Below, in pieces: positions 1 through 8,399 of a stretch of DNA of 64,000 nucleotides. Source of the DNA: an uncultured Oscillibacter sp. (GTDB taxonomy: Bacteria > Bacillota > Clostridia > Oscillospirales > Oscillospiraceae); NCBI GenBank assembly GCA_900551885.1, contig URXS01000001.1, positions 720-64,719 on the forward strand. Reading direction: 5' to 3'. Position 1 is the stretch's first letter. Every line of letters begins with the position of its first letter. The notes below the pieces were generated by a model. It saw nothing but the letters and a program-made list of their open reading frames with translations, was not told where the DNA came from and did no database searches. A program made the translations under genes and the position numbers.

Positions 1-933
1 TGCGGACGGACAATTGATTATCTGCGGCTGAGCGTCACGGACCGGTGCAATTACCGCTGCCGGTACTGTATGCCGCCGGAAGGCATTCCCAAGCAAGAGC
101 ATCGGGACATGCTCTCCCTGGAGGAACTGGCGGAGATCGCTGGCGCGGCGGTCCGGCTGGGTGTAAAGAAGATTCGCCTGACAGGCGGAGAACCGCTGGT
201 ACGGCGTGGAATCGTGGAGCTGTGCCGCCAGTTGCGGGCCATTCCAGGCCTTCAGGAGCTGTGCCTGACCACCAATGGCTCCCTGCTGCGGTCTTTGGCC
301 GCCCCGCTGCGGGAAGCGGGAGTGGACCGGCTGAACATCAGCCTGGATACCCTGCGGCCGGAGCGGTTCGCAGAAACGACCCGGCTGGGTCAGCTCTCCG
401 ATGTACGGGAAGGCATTGCGGCGGCGGAGGCCGCCGGCTTTCAGGGCCTGAAATTCGACACCGTTCTCATCGGTGGTTTCAACGACGACGAGATCCCCGA
501 TTTTGTGAGCCTGACCCGAGACCATCCCTGGGAGATCCGGTTCATCGAGCTGATGCCCATGGGACCTTGCGCCGGATGGGACAAGGCTTGCTTTCTTCCG
601 GCAGATACCATTCTGAAAAGGGTACCCACGTTACAGCAGATCGACAGCAGCGGCGTGGCCCGGCGGTACCGGCTGCCCGGCGCACTGGGCACCGTAGGCC
701 TGATCTCCCCCATCAGTCACGACTTCTGTGCCGACTGCCGCCGCATCCGGGTGACGGCAGACGGAAAGCTGAAAGGCTGTCTTCACTCGGCGGAGGAACT
801 GCCATTGCGTGGACTGCACGGAGCGGAGCTGGAGGAGGCCATCCGGCGGGGCATCCTGCAAAAACCTCCGCGCCACCACCTGGCGGAGCGAAAGAGTGAC
901 ACGCCCCGGAACATGAATCAGATCGGAGGCTGA
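1..933 (+). CDS. moaA: GTP 3',8-cyclase MoaA, 5'-truncated by the window edge
   Basis: Frame is open from base 1 ([24 protein letters not shown]) with the radical SAM CxxxCxxC; C-terminal FCADCRRIR cluster and terminal IGG. Confidence 0.95.
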   Translation, partial: CGRTIDYLRLSVTDRCNYRCRYCMPPEGIPKQEHRDMLSLEELAEIAGAAVRLGVKKIRLTGGEPLVRRGIVELCRQLRAIPGLQELCLTTNGSLLRSLAAPLREAGVDRLNISLDTLRPERFAETTRLGQLSDVREGIAAAEAAGFQGLKFDTVLIGGFNDDEIPDFVSLTRDHPWEIRFIELMPMGPCAGWDKACFLPADTILKRVPTLQQIDSSGVARRYRLPGALGTVGLISPISHDFCADCRRIRVTADGKLKGCLHSAEELPLRGLHGAELEEAIRRGILQKPPRHHLAERKSDTPRNMNQIGG

Positions 934-935
934 GG

Positions 936-1415
936 ATGAGCGAGCTGACCCATTTCAATGAACAGGGGCGGGCGAAGATGGTGGATGTGACGGACAAGGC
1001 TGTCACCCACCGCACCGCTGTGGCCGCCGGGGAGATCCACATGGCCCCGGAGACTTTGGAGAAAATCAAAGCCGGCACCATGAAAAAGGGCGATGTGCTG
1101 GCGGTGGCCCAGGTGGCAGGCATCCAGGCGGCCAAGCACAACTGGGAGCTGATCCCCATGTGCCACCCGCTGCCTCTGACCGGCATCGACATCACCTTTG
1201 CCCTGTCGGACCAGCCCGCCATGGTGGAGATCCGGGCCGCTGTCACCTGCACCGGCGTCACCGGCGTGGAGATGGAGGCCCTGACTGCCGTGTCCGTGGC
1301 GGCTTTGACCATCTACGATATGTGCAAGGCTGTTCAGAAGGACATGCGCATCACCAACATCCGCCTGCTGGAAAAATCCGGCGGCAAGAGCGGAGACTAC
1401 AGAATAAAGGAGTGA
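936..1415 (+). CDS. moaC: Cyclic pyranopterin monophosphate synthase
   Basis: [29 protein letters not shown] motifs. Confidence 0.97.
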   Translation: MSELTHFNEQGRAKMVDVTDKAVTHRTAVAAGEIHMAPETLEKIKAGTMKKGDVLAVAQVAGIQAAKHNWELIPMCHPLPLTGIDITFALSDQPAMVEIRAAVTCTGVTGVEMEALTAVSVAALTIYDMCKAVQKDMRITNIRLLEKSGGKSGDYRIKE

Positions 1416-1420
1416 ACCTC

Positions 1421-1864
1421 TTGGCCACCGTTGTATCCGTGAATATCAGTGAGAAAAAGGGGACCATCAAGCATCCTGTCCCGGAGATCCAGTTGAAACT
1501 ACGCCATGGCATCGTGGGAGACGCCCATGCCGGGGACTGGCACCGGCAGATCTCCCTTCTGGCGGAGGAGAGCGTGGACACCATGCGCACCGCCTGCCCC
1601 ATTCCTCTGGACGCCGGGGTGTTCGCAGAAAATATCAACACCCGGGGCATCGACCTGAAGCACCTGCCTGTGGGCACCCACCTGCGTATCGGTGAGACCG
1701 AGGTGGAGGTGACCCAGATCGGCAAGGAGTGCCACAGTGACTGCGCCATCAAAAAGGCCGTGGGCAAGTGTGTCATGCCCACGGAGGGCATCTTTGCCGT
1801 GGTGATAAAAGAGGGTACCGTCCGGGCGGGGGATGCCATCGAGATTCTGGAGGCGGAGAAATGA
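1421..1864 (+). CDS. MOSC-domain protein
   Basis: GIVGDAHAG, RQISLL, FAENI, QIGKECH..C motifs; TTG start about 8 nt after AAGGAG. Confidence 0.85.
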   Translation: MATVVSVNISEKKGTIKHPVPEIQLKLRHGIVGDAHAGDWHRQISLLAEESVDTMRTACPIPLDAGVFAENINTRGIDLKHLPVGTHLRIGETEVEVTQIGKECHSDCAIKKAVGKCVMPTEGIFAVVIKEGTVRAGDAIEILEAEK

Positions 1865-2880
1865 AGCTGATCAAAACCGAGGAGGCCGTGGGCCATGTGC
1901 TGTGCCACGACCTGACCCAGATCATCAAGGACCAGTACAAGGACGCCCGGTTCCGCAAGGGGCATGTGGTGACGGAGGAGGACATCCCGGTCCTGCTCTC
2001 CATGGGCAAGGAGCACCTGTACGTCTGGGAGATGACGCCGGGAATGCTCCATGAAAACGACGCCGCAGAGCGGCTGTACGCCTTATGCGCCAATGCGCAC
2101 ATGGACCGCAGCGAGGTCAAGGAGGGCAAGATCGAGCTGAAAGCCGCCTGTGACGGCCTCTTCCTGGTGAACTCGGAAAAGCTCATCGCCGTCAACACCG
2201 TGGAGGACATCATGATCGCCACCCGGAAGGGCGGCACCGCCGTCCGCAAAGGCGACAAGCTGGCGGGAATGCGGGTCATTCCCCTCATCATCCCGGAGGA
2301 AAAATTGCAGGCCGCTAAGCAGGCCGCCGGGGATGCACCGCTTCTGGAACTGAAGCCCTGGGTCCGGCGGACCGCGGCCATCGTAGCCACCGGCAGCGAG
2401 GTGAAAAAGGGCCTGATTCAGGATACCTTCACCCCGGTGGTCAAGGACAAGCTGGCCGCTTACGGCATTGAGACCATCTCCATCGCCTATTCCGGTGACG
2501 GAGTGGAGAACGTAGCGGGTGCTGTAGCGGAGGCCCGGGCCACCGGCGCCGACGTAATTCTCTGCACCGGCGGCATGAGCGTGGACCCGGACGACAACAC
2601 CCCCGGCGGCATCAAAGCCAGCGGGGCCAAGATCGTCACCTACGGCGCCCCGGTGCTGCCCGGCGCCATGTTCCTGCTGGGCTACTATGAGGATGGTACC
2701 CCCGTCATGGGTCTCCCCGGCTGCGTCATGTACGCAGGCGCCACCATCTTCGACCTGGTGCTGCCCTTTGTGGCGGCAGACGTGCCGGTGACACGGCGGC
2801 AGATCGTAGCCCTGGGCGAGGGCGGACTGTGCCTGGGCTGCAAACCCTGTCACTGGCCCATCTGCCCCTTCGGAAAGTAA
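1861..2880 (+). CDS. Molybdopterin-binding protein (MoeA/MogA-like domain)
   Basis: TGGMSVDPDD, YGAPVLPG, GLPGC motifs and C-terminal CxxCxxCxxPxC; lies within the Moco cluster. Confidence 0.8.
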   Translation: MKLIKTEEAVGHVLCHDLTQIIKDQYKDARFRKGHVVTEEDIPVLLSMGKEHLYVWEMTPGMLHENDAAERLYALCANAHMDRSEVKEGKIELKAACDGLFLVNSEKLIAVNTVEDIMIATRKGGTAVRKGDKLAGMRVIPLIIPEEKLQAAKQAAGDAPLLELKPWVRRTAAIVATGSEVKKGLIQDTFTPVVKDKLAAYGIETISIAYSGDGVENVAGAVAEARATGADVILCTGGMSVDPDDNTPGGIKASGAKIVTYGAPVLPGAMFLLGYYEDGTPVMGLPGCVMYAGATIFDLVLPFVAADVPVTRRQIVALGEGGLCLGCKPCHWPICPFGK

Positions 2881-2885
2881 ATAAA

Positions 2886-2921
2886 ACAGGATATGCGCCG
2901 ACAAGCGGCGCATATCGTTTC
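2886..2921 (+). terminator. Stem-loop after the Moco genes
   Basis: GATATGCGCCG...CGGCGCATATC inverted repeat followed by a short T tract. Confidence 0.5.
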
Positions 2922-3015
2922 CTATTCGTTATCCTCATTTGAATATCACGTCGGTTTCATCTCGCCCTTGCATTGGCGGGAAGAACATATTATCATCAGA
3001 AAGGAAGATCCCCCC

Positions 3016-3840
3016 ATGAAAAAAGCACTGTCCCTGCTGCTGGCCCTGGCCATGCTGCTGGCTCTGACCGCCTGTGGCGGCACGGAGAGCGACAACACCC
3101 AGGAAACCGACACCACGGAAACTGAGGAGACCGCCGAAGCGGTGGAGCTCATCGTCTTCGCCGCCGCTTCCCTGACCGAGACCCTGGACGAGATCATTGA
3201 GGACTACAAGGACGTGGCCCCCCATGTCACCATTGTGCCCTCCTATGAGTCCTCCGGTACCCTGCTGAAAGACATTCAGGCAGGGGCGGACTGCGACCTG
3301 TTCCTCTCTGCCGGCGCCTCACAGATGGACACGCTGGAGGAAGAGGGTGGTGTGCTGGAGGGCTCCCGTCTGGACCTGCTGGAGAATAAGGTGGCCCTGG
3401 CTGTGCCGGAAGGCAATCCGAAGGGGATCGAGAGTTTCGACCAACTGGCCGAGCTGCTGAAGAGCGGCGACGTGTTTCTGGCCATCGGTAACAGCGACGT
3501 ACCCGTGGGCCAGTATACCCAGAAGATCTTCGCCTATTATGGCATCGATGAATCCGCTATTGCCGACTGCCTGACTTACGGATCCAACGTCAAGGAAGTC
3601 ACCACCCAGGTCAGCGAGGCGGCTGTGGACTGCGGCATCATTTACGCCACTGACGCCTTCTCCGCCGGACTCACTACCGTAGATGGCGCCACCGCCGAGA
3701 TGTGCGGCCAAGTGATCTACCCGGCTGCCGTGGTGGCTTCCAGCCAGCATCCTGACGAAGCCCAGGCCTTCCTGGATTACCTGACCACCCCAGATGCCGG
3801 GGCCGTGTTTGAGAGCGTGGGCTTCACCCCCCTCAACTGA
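3016..3840 (+). CDS. modA: Molybdate ABC transporter substrate-binding lipoprotein
   Basis: Lipobox LTAC; FAAASL, SSGTL, VPVGQY, NVKEV motifs. Confidence 0.93.
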   Translation: MKKALSLLLALAMLLALTACGGTESDNTQETDTTETEETAEAVELIVFAAASLTETLDEIIEDYKDVAPHVTIVPSYESSGTLLKDIQAGADCDLFLSAGASQMDTLEEEGGVLEGSRLDLLENKVALAVPEGNPKGIESFDQLAELLKSGDVFLAIGNSDVPVGQYTQKIFAYYGIDESAIADCLTYGSNVKEVTTQVSEAAVDCGIIYATDAFSAGLTTVDGATAEMCGQVIYPAAVVASSQHPDEAQAFLDYLTTPDAGAVFESVGFTPLN

Positions 3841-3939
3841 CGCATCGAAGTCCCGCCGGGGAAACCCGGCGGGACCGCCTGTACATTTCCATTCTTCGAA
3901 CAGGTGGTCTCCCCCATTCCCTCTCAGGAGGTTCCGTGT

Positions 3940-4617
3940 ATGGACTGGTTTCCCCTTTACAACTCACTCCGTATCGCTGCTATCTCCACCATCGTCGTAT
4001 TCTTCTTGGGCATCTGGGCGGCCTACTACATCGCCCAGCTCCCCCGGCTGGTGAAGGGTGTGCTGGACGTGGTGCTGACGCTGCCCCTGGTGCTGCCGCC
4101 CACGGTGGTGGGCTGGCTCCTTCTGATGCTGCTGGGGCCCAAGCGGCCTCTGGGAGCGTGGGTGCTGGAGATCTTCGGGGTGAAGCTGGTGATGACCTGG
4201 TGGTCCGCCATCTTCGCCACCGTCGTTGTGGCCTTTCCGCTGATGTACCGCACCGCCCGGGGCGCCTTCGAGAGTTTTGACCGGAATCTGGCAGACGCCG
4301 GCCGGACGTTGGGCCGGTCCAACACCTGGGTCTTCTGGCGAGTGCAGATGCCGGTTTGCAAGCAGGGTATCCTGGCCGGGACTGTGCTGGCCTTTGCCAG
4401 GGCTCTGGGCGAGTATGGCGCCACCTCCATGATCGCCGGATACACCCCAGGCCGCACCGCCACCATCTCTACCACCGTCTATCAGCTCTGGCGCACCAAC
4501 GACAACCTGGGCGCAGCCCGATGGGTGCTGGTGAATGTGGCCATCTCCGCCGTATTTTTGCTGGCGGTGAATCTGCTGGAGACCCGCCAGCGGTCCGGGA
4601 AGGGAGGCGGACACTGA
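3940..4617 (+). CDS. modB: Molybdate ABC permease
   Basis: LPLVLPPTVVG and FARALGEYGAT motifs. Confidence 0.95.
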   Translation: MDWFPLYNSLRIAAISTIVVFFLGIWAAYYIAQLPRLVKGVLDVVLTLPLVLPPTVVGWLLLMLLGPKRPLGAWVLEIFGVKLVMTWWSAIFATVVVAFPLMYRTARGAFESFDRNLADAGRTLGRSNTWVFWRVQMPVCKQGILAGTVLAFARALGEYGATSMIAGYTPGRTATISTTVYQLWRTNDNLGAARWVLVNVAISAVFLLAVNLLETRQRSGKGGGH

Positions 4618-5663
4618 TGGCGCTTTCCGTAGACATCCGAAAAAAGCTGGGAGACTTTCAACTGGAGGTCCAGTTTGAGGCGGGTGCGGAGACATTGGCC
4701 CTGCTGGGTGCCTCCGGCTGCGGCAAAAGCGTGACGCTCCGGTGCGTGGCCGGGATCCTGACCCCTGATGAAGGCCACATCCGTCTGGATGGCGTGACGC
4801 TGTTCGACAGCGCCGGACACGTCAACCTGCCGCCCCAGAAGCGGCGGGTCGGGTACCTCTTCCAGCAGTATGCTCTGTTTCCCAATATGACGGTGCGGCA
4901 AAACATCGCCGCAGCGGTTCGAAACAAACAGCTCCGGGCGGCAGCCGCGGAGGAGAAGCTGCGGCAGTTCCAGTTGGAATCGGTGGCGGACCTGCGGCCC
5001 GGCCAGATCTCCGGAGGGCAGCAGCAGCGCTGCGCTCTGGCCCGGATTCTGGCCTCGGAGCCCAGAGCCATTTTGCTGGACGAGCCCTTCTCCGCCCTGG
5101 ACAGTTATCTGAAGTATCAACTGGAGCTGGAGTTAGCGGATACTCTGAATCGGTTCTCCGGCCCGGTGCTGTGGGTGTCCCATGACCGGGGCGAGGTCTT
5201 CCGTAACTGCAAACAGGTGTGCGTCATAGACCAGGGCCGCTCCCAGCCCACCCAAACCATGGAGGACCTGATGACCCGCCCCGGGACGGAGGCGGCGGCC
5301 CGGCTCTCCGGCTGTGAAAACTACACCGACGCCATGCCTCGGGAACATGCAGTGGCGCTTCCGGAATGGGGCGTGACGCTTGTTTGTGGTACCCCGGTGC
5401 CGGAGGGTATTCACAGAATCGGTATCCGGGCCCGGAGTCTCCATCCGGCGGAGACAGGAGCGGAAAACACATTTTCCTGCCGGGTGGTCCGCACAGTGGA
5501 GGACGTGTTCTCCCTGGCGGTGCTGCTGCAGCCGGAGGGTGCGGCAGAAGGCGCACCGTTGCTGCGGATGGAAGTAGACAAAGGCGCCTGGCAGATACCG
5601 GAGGGCGGTACGGTGACCGTGGCCGTCGCGCCCGGAGAAATTCTGCTGTTGGGGGAATTGTAA
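4617..5663 (+). CDS. modC: Molybdate ABC ATPase
   Basis: GASGCGKS, ISGGQQQR, LLDEPF motifs; start overlaps the modB stop. Confidence 0.9.
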   Translation: MALSVDIRKKLGDFQLEVQFEAGAETLALLGASGCGKSVTLRCVAGILTPDEGHIRLDGVTLFDSAGHVNLPPQKRRVGYLFQQYALFPNMTVRQNIAAAVRNKQLRAAAAEEKLRQFQLESVADLRPGQISGGQQQRCALARILASEPRAILLDEPFSALDSYLKYQLELELADTLNRFSGPVLWVSHDRGEVFRNCKQVCVIDQGRSQPTQTMEDLMTRPGTEAAARLSGCENYTDAMPREHAVALPEWGVTLVCGTPVPEGIHRIGIRARSLHPAETGAENTFSCRVVRTVEDVFSLAVLLQPEGAAEGAPLLRMEVDKGAWQIPEGGTVTVAVAPGEILLLGEL

Positions 5664-5676
5664 AGGAGGAGTTGCT

Positions 5677-6174
5677 ATGTTTAAGGCGGCAGTATTGACC
5701 GTCAGTGACCGCAGTTCCCAGGGCCAGCGGCCGGACGCGGCGGGCCCGCTGGTGGAGGAGCTGCTGAAAGGGGCCGGATACGACGTGGTCCAAACCATGA
5801 TCGTACCGGACGAAGGAGCCCGGATCGAAGCCGCGCTGCGGCAGTGGAGTGACCGGGAACCGGTAGATCTGATCGTCACCACGGGAGGCACTGGTTTCTC
5901 CCCCAGGGATGTGACACCGGAGGCCACCATCGCCGTGTGCCAGCGGCTGACGCCGGGGATTCCGGAGGCCATGCGCTACGCCTCCATGCAGGTGACGCTC
6001 CGGGGCATGCTGTCCCGGGCGGCAGCGGGCATCCGAGGGAAAACCCTGATCGTGAATCTCCCAGGCTCCCCCAAGGCAGCCAAGGAGAATCTGGAAGCCG
6101 TCCTCCCCACCCTGGCCCACGGCCTGGAGATGCTAACCGGCGGCCAGGCTGACTGCGCGGCTCTGAAAGACTGA
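5677..6174 (+). CDS. mog: Molybdopterin adenylyltransferase MogA/MoaB
   Basis: LTVSDR, TTGGTG.SPRDVTPEA, NLPGSPK motifs. Confidence 0.9.
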   Translation: MFKAAVLTVSDRSSQGQRPDAAGPLVEELLKGAGYDVVQTMIVPDEGARIEAALRQWSDREPVDLIVTTGGTGFSPRDVTPEATIAVCQRLTPGIPEAMRYASMQVTLRGMLSRAAAGIRGKTLIVNLPGSPKAAKENLEAVLPTLAHGLEMLTGGQADCAALKD

Positions 6175-6234
6175 ATCTAAGAAAATAAGGACCTGGATGG
6201 CAAAATTTTGCCGTCCAGATCCCATTTTTTATCC

Positions 6235-6684
6235 TCACAGGAGTTCCTGACTATCGAATTTTTTTTTGCCTTTCTCCAGCTCCGATTGGACCAGATCGGC
6301 CAACGTAAAGCGGTCCACATAGCCGGTGATCACATCATTCAATCCCTGCCAGAAGTCCCTGGCCGCACAGGTATCCCGGCGGTTACAAGGCACCTCTTCC
6401 TCCTCCAGGCAGATCACCGGGGCCAGGTCCCCTTCCGTCAACCGCAAAATACTCCCCACTGTGTACGCATCCGGATCCCGGGCCAGACGGTATCCCCCCT
6501 GAGCCCCTCGCCCGCTGCGGAGGAATCCGGCCTTTCCCAGGAGGCCCGCAATCTGTTCCAGATACTTCACCGACAGCTCCTGCCGGGCCGCTACATCCTT
6601 TAACGAAACATACCCCGTTTTGCCGTGAATCGCCACGTCCGTCATCAGACGCAGGGCATACCGCCCTCGAGTGGAAATACGCAT
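6235..6684 (-). CDS. Rrf2-family regulator (IscR-like, three Cys)
   Basis: MRISTRGRYALR, YLEQI, RGAQGGY motifs; C-terminal C-x7-C-x5-C. Confidence 0.9.
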   Translation of the reverse strand: MRISTRGRYALRLMTDVAIHGKTGYVSLKDVAARQELSVKYLEQIAGLLGKAGFLRSGRGAQGGYRLARDPDAYTVGSILRLTEGDLAPVICLEEEEVPCNRRDTCAARDFWQGLNDVITGYVDRFTLADLVQSELEKGKKKFDSQELL

Positions 6685-6937
6685 GGTCTTCCCTCCTCTC
6701 ATTTCTATTTTGCCATGCTGCTTTTTGAATTACAACAATTTTTTCCAATTTACAGCAGATTTTTGTGTCTCCGCATAAGGTGACAAACTTCACTCAGAGG
6801 AAATTGACATTCCGTTCTTTTTTGCATTGAATCTGCTTGAAATAGGTCAAGGGGAAGCGCACTGCTTTTTCTTGCAAAGGGGCGGGGAATTGTGGTAAGA
6901 TGAAAAAGATAAAATCAGCCGAAAGGAAGTCGCCGCC

Positions 6938-7312
6938 GTGAAGATCCAAGAATCCGCTGAAAATTATCTGGAGACCATCCTGATTCTGAAGGAGCGCAAG
7001 GGATTTGTCCGCTCCATTGACATCGCGGCGGAGCTGGAGTTCTCCAAACCCAGTGTCAGTGTGGCCATGAAGAATCTGCGGGAAAACGGCTACATCGAGG
7101 TGGACGATCTGGGTCATATCACCCTCACTGCCGCCGGAGCTGAAATCGCTGAGCGCATCTATGAGCGGCATACCTTCCTGTCCAGTTGGCTGACGGCTCT
7201 TGGCGTGGACCCCAAGGTGGCAGTGGAGGATGCCTGCCGCATCGAACACGTCATCAGTGCGGAGAGCTTTTCCGTTATCCGCGATCACGTAAACCAAAAC
7301 AAAGAACACTGA
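6938..7312 (+). CDS. DtxR/MntR metal-dependent regulator
   Basis: ENYLETI, KPSVS, ERH, DACRIEH motifs. Confidence 0.9.
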   Translation: MKIQESAENYLETILILKERKGFVRSIDIAAELEFSKPSVSVAMKNLRENGYIEVDDLGHITLTAAGAEIAERIYERHTFLSSWLTALGVDPKVAVEDACRIEHVISAESFSVIRDHVNQNKEH

Positions 7313-7320
7313 ATAAAACC

Positions 7321-7360
7321 GGCGCCGCGGGAGCATGGCTTCCGCGGCGCTTTGTTATTT
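7321..7360 (+). terminator. Intrinsic terminator
   Basis: GCGCCGCGGGAGC...GCTTCCGCGGCGC followed by TTTGTT. Confidence 0.65.
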
Positions 7361-7452
7361 AATTTACGGTTGTGGACTGGGATCTTTTTTGTTATAATCG
7401 GCTGAGAAATGACGGTTCCCCACAAAACAAACGGGAACAGGGGGAGGATTCC

Positions 7453-7842
7453 ATGCGAAAGAAACTGTTGATCGGTTGCGGGGCCCTGGTGGTGGCCTGT
7501 TTGCTGGCCGCTGTGCTGTATATCCAGACCCAGCCTGGGACGACGGAGGGCGCAAAGGCCATCGATGTAGTGGTCGTCCACGGGGACGGCACGGAGGCCA
7601 CCTTCCAGTACCAGACCGACGCGGAGTATCTGGGTGATGTGCTGACAGAAAATGGCTTGGTGGAGGGAACAGAGAGCTCCTACGGTCTGTTCATCACCAC
7701 CGTGGACGGAGAGACAGCGGACGACAGCCTCCAGCAGTGGTGGTGCATCACCCGGGAGGGAGAAATGCTCTCCACCGGAGCCGATCAGACCCCCATCGCC
7801 GACGGGGAGCAATATGAGTTGACCCTGACGGAAGGGTACTAA
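7453..7842 (+). CDS. Membrane-anchored DUF4430 / transcobalamin-C-terminal-like protein
   Basis: N-terminal TM segment; GLFITTVDG, WW, GAD motifs. Confidence 0.65.
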   Translation: MRKKLLIGCGALVVACLLAAVLYIQTQPGTTEGAKAIDVVVVHGDGTEATFQYQTDAEYLGDVLTENGLVEGTESSYGLFITTVDGETADDSLQQWWCITREGEMLSTGADQTPIADGEQYELTLTEGY

Positions 7843-8352
7843 GTGGACCGCCTGAACGCCCGGCACCTGGCGCTGCTGGGGATTTTGACCGCAGTGCTGC
7901 TGGGAGGGCAAGTAGCCCTGGCGGCGCTGCCCAACGTGGAGATCGTCAGCCTGCTGGTGATCTTATACAGCCTCCTGCTGGGACGGCAGGTTTTCCTCAT
8001 CATCTACGCCTTCGCGCTGCTGGAGGGGTGCCTGTATGGCTTCGGCCTGTGGTGGGTCAGCTACCTGTACGTGTGGACACTGCTGGCCATCATTGCCCTG
8101 GCTCTGCGGCAGGCGGAGGCCCTTGCCCTGTTTTGGGCCATTCTTTCGGGTTTTTTCGGTCTGGCCTTTGGGGCCCTGTGCGCCCTGCCCTATCTGGTCA
8201 CCGGTGGGATTGCCGCCGCGATCAGTTACTGGCTGGCGGGACTTGGGTTCGACCTGATCCACTGTGCCGGGAATTTTCTGGTATGCCTGCTGTTGTTCCG
8301 TCCTTTGTATCGCCTGCTGTCCAGGCTGCTGCGGTGGTACGGCTGGGAATAA
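7843..8352 (+). CDS. ECF transporter S component, CbrT-like (cobalamin?)
   Basis: Hydrophobic 169 aa with LPNVE and FDLIH motifs; adjacent to the DUF4430 gene and metH. Confidence 0.65.
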   Translation: MDRLNARHLALLGILTAVLLGGQVALAALPNVEIVSLLVILYSLLLGRQVFLIIYAFALLEGCLYGFGLWWVSYLYVWTLLAIIALALRQAEALALFWAILSGFFGLAFGALCALPYLVTGGIAAAISYWLAGLGFDLIHCAGNFLVCLLLFRPLYRLLSRLLRWYGWE

Positions 8353-8356
8353 CTGA

Positions 8357-8399
8357 AAAAGAAAACCGGGCGCACTGCCGTGCGTCCGGTTTGTTTATT
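8357..8399. terminator. Bidirectional terminator
   Basis: AAACCGGGCGCAC...GTGCGTCCGGTTT between convergent genes. Confidence 0.7.

Noticed and set aside
70..933. moaA lacking its radical SAM motif
   Set aside because: Artefact of the ORF start call; the motif is in frame upstream and the gene runs off the window edge
7313..7452. Cobalamin riboswitch before the DUF4430/S-component pair
   Set aside because: Short spacer occupied by a terminator and promoter; no B12 box seen
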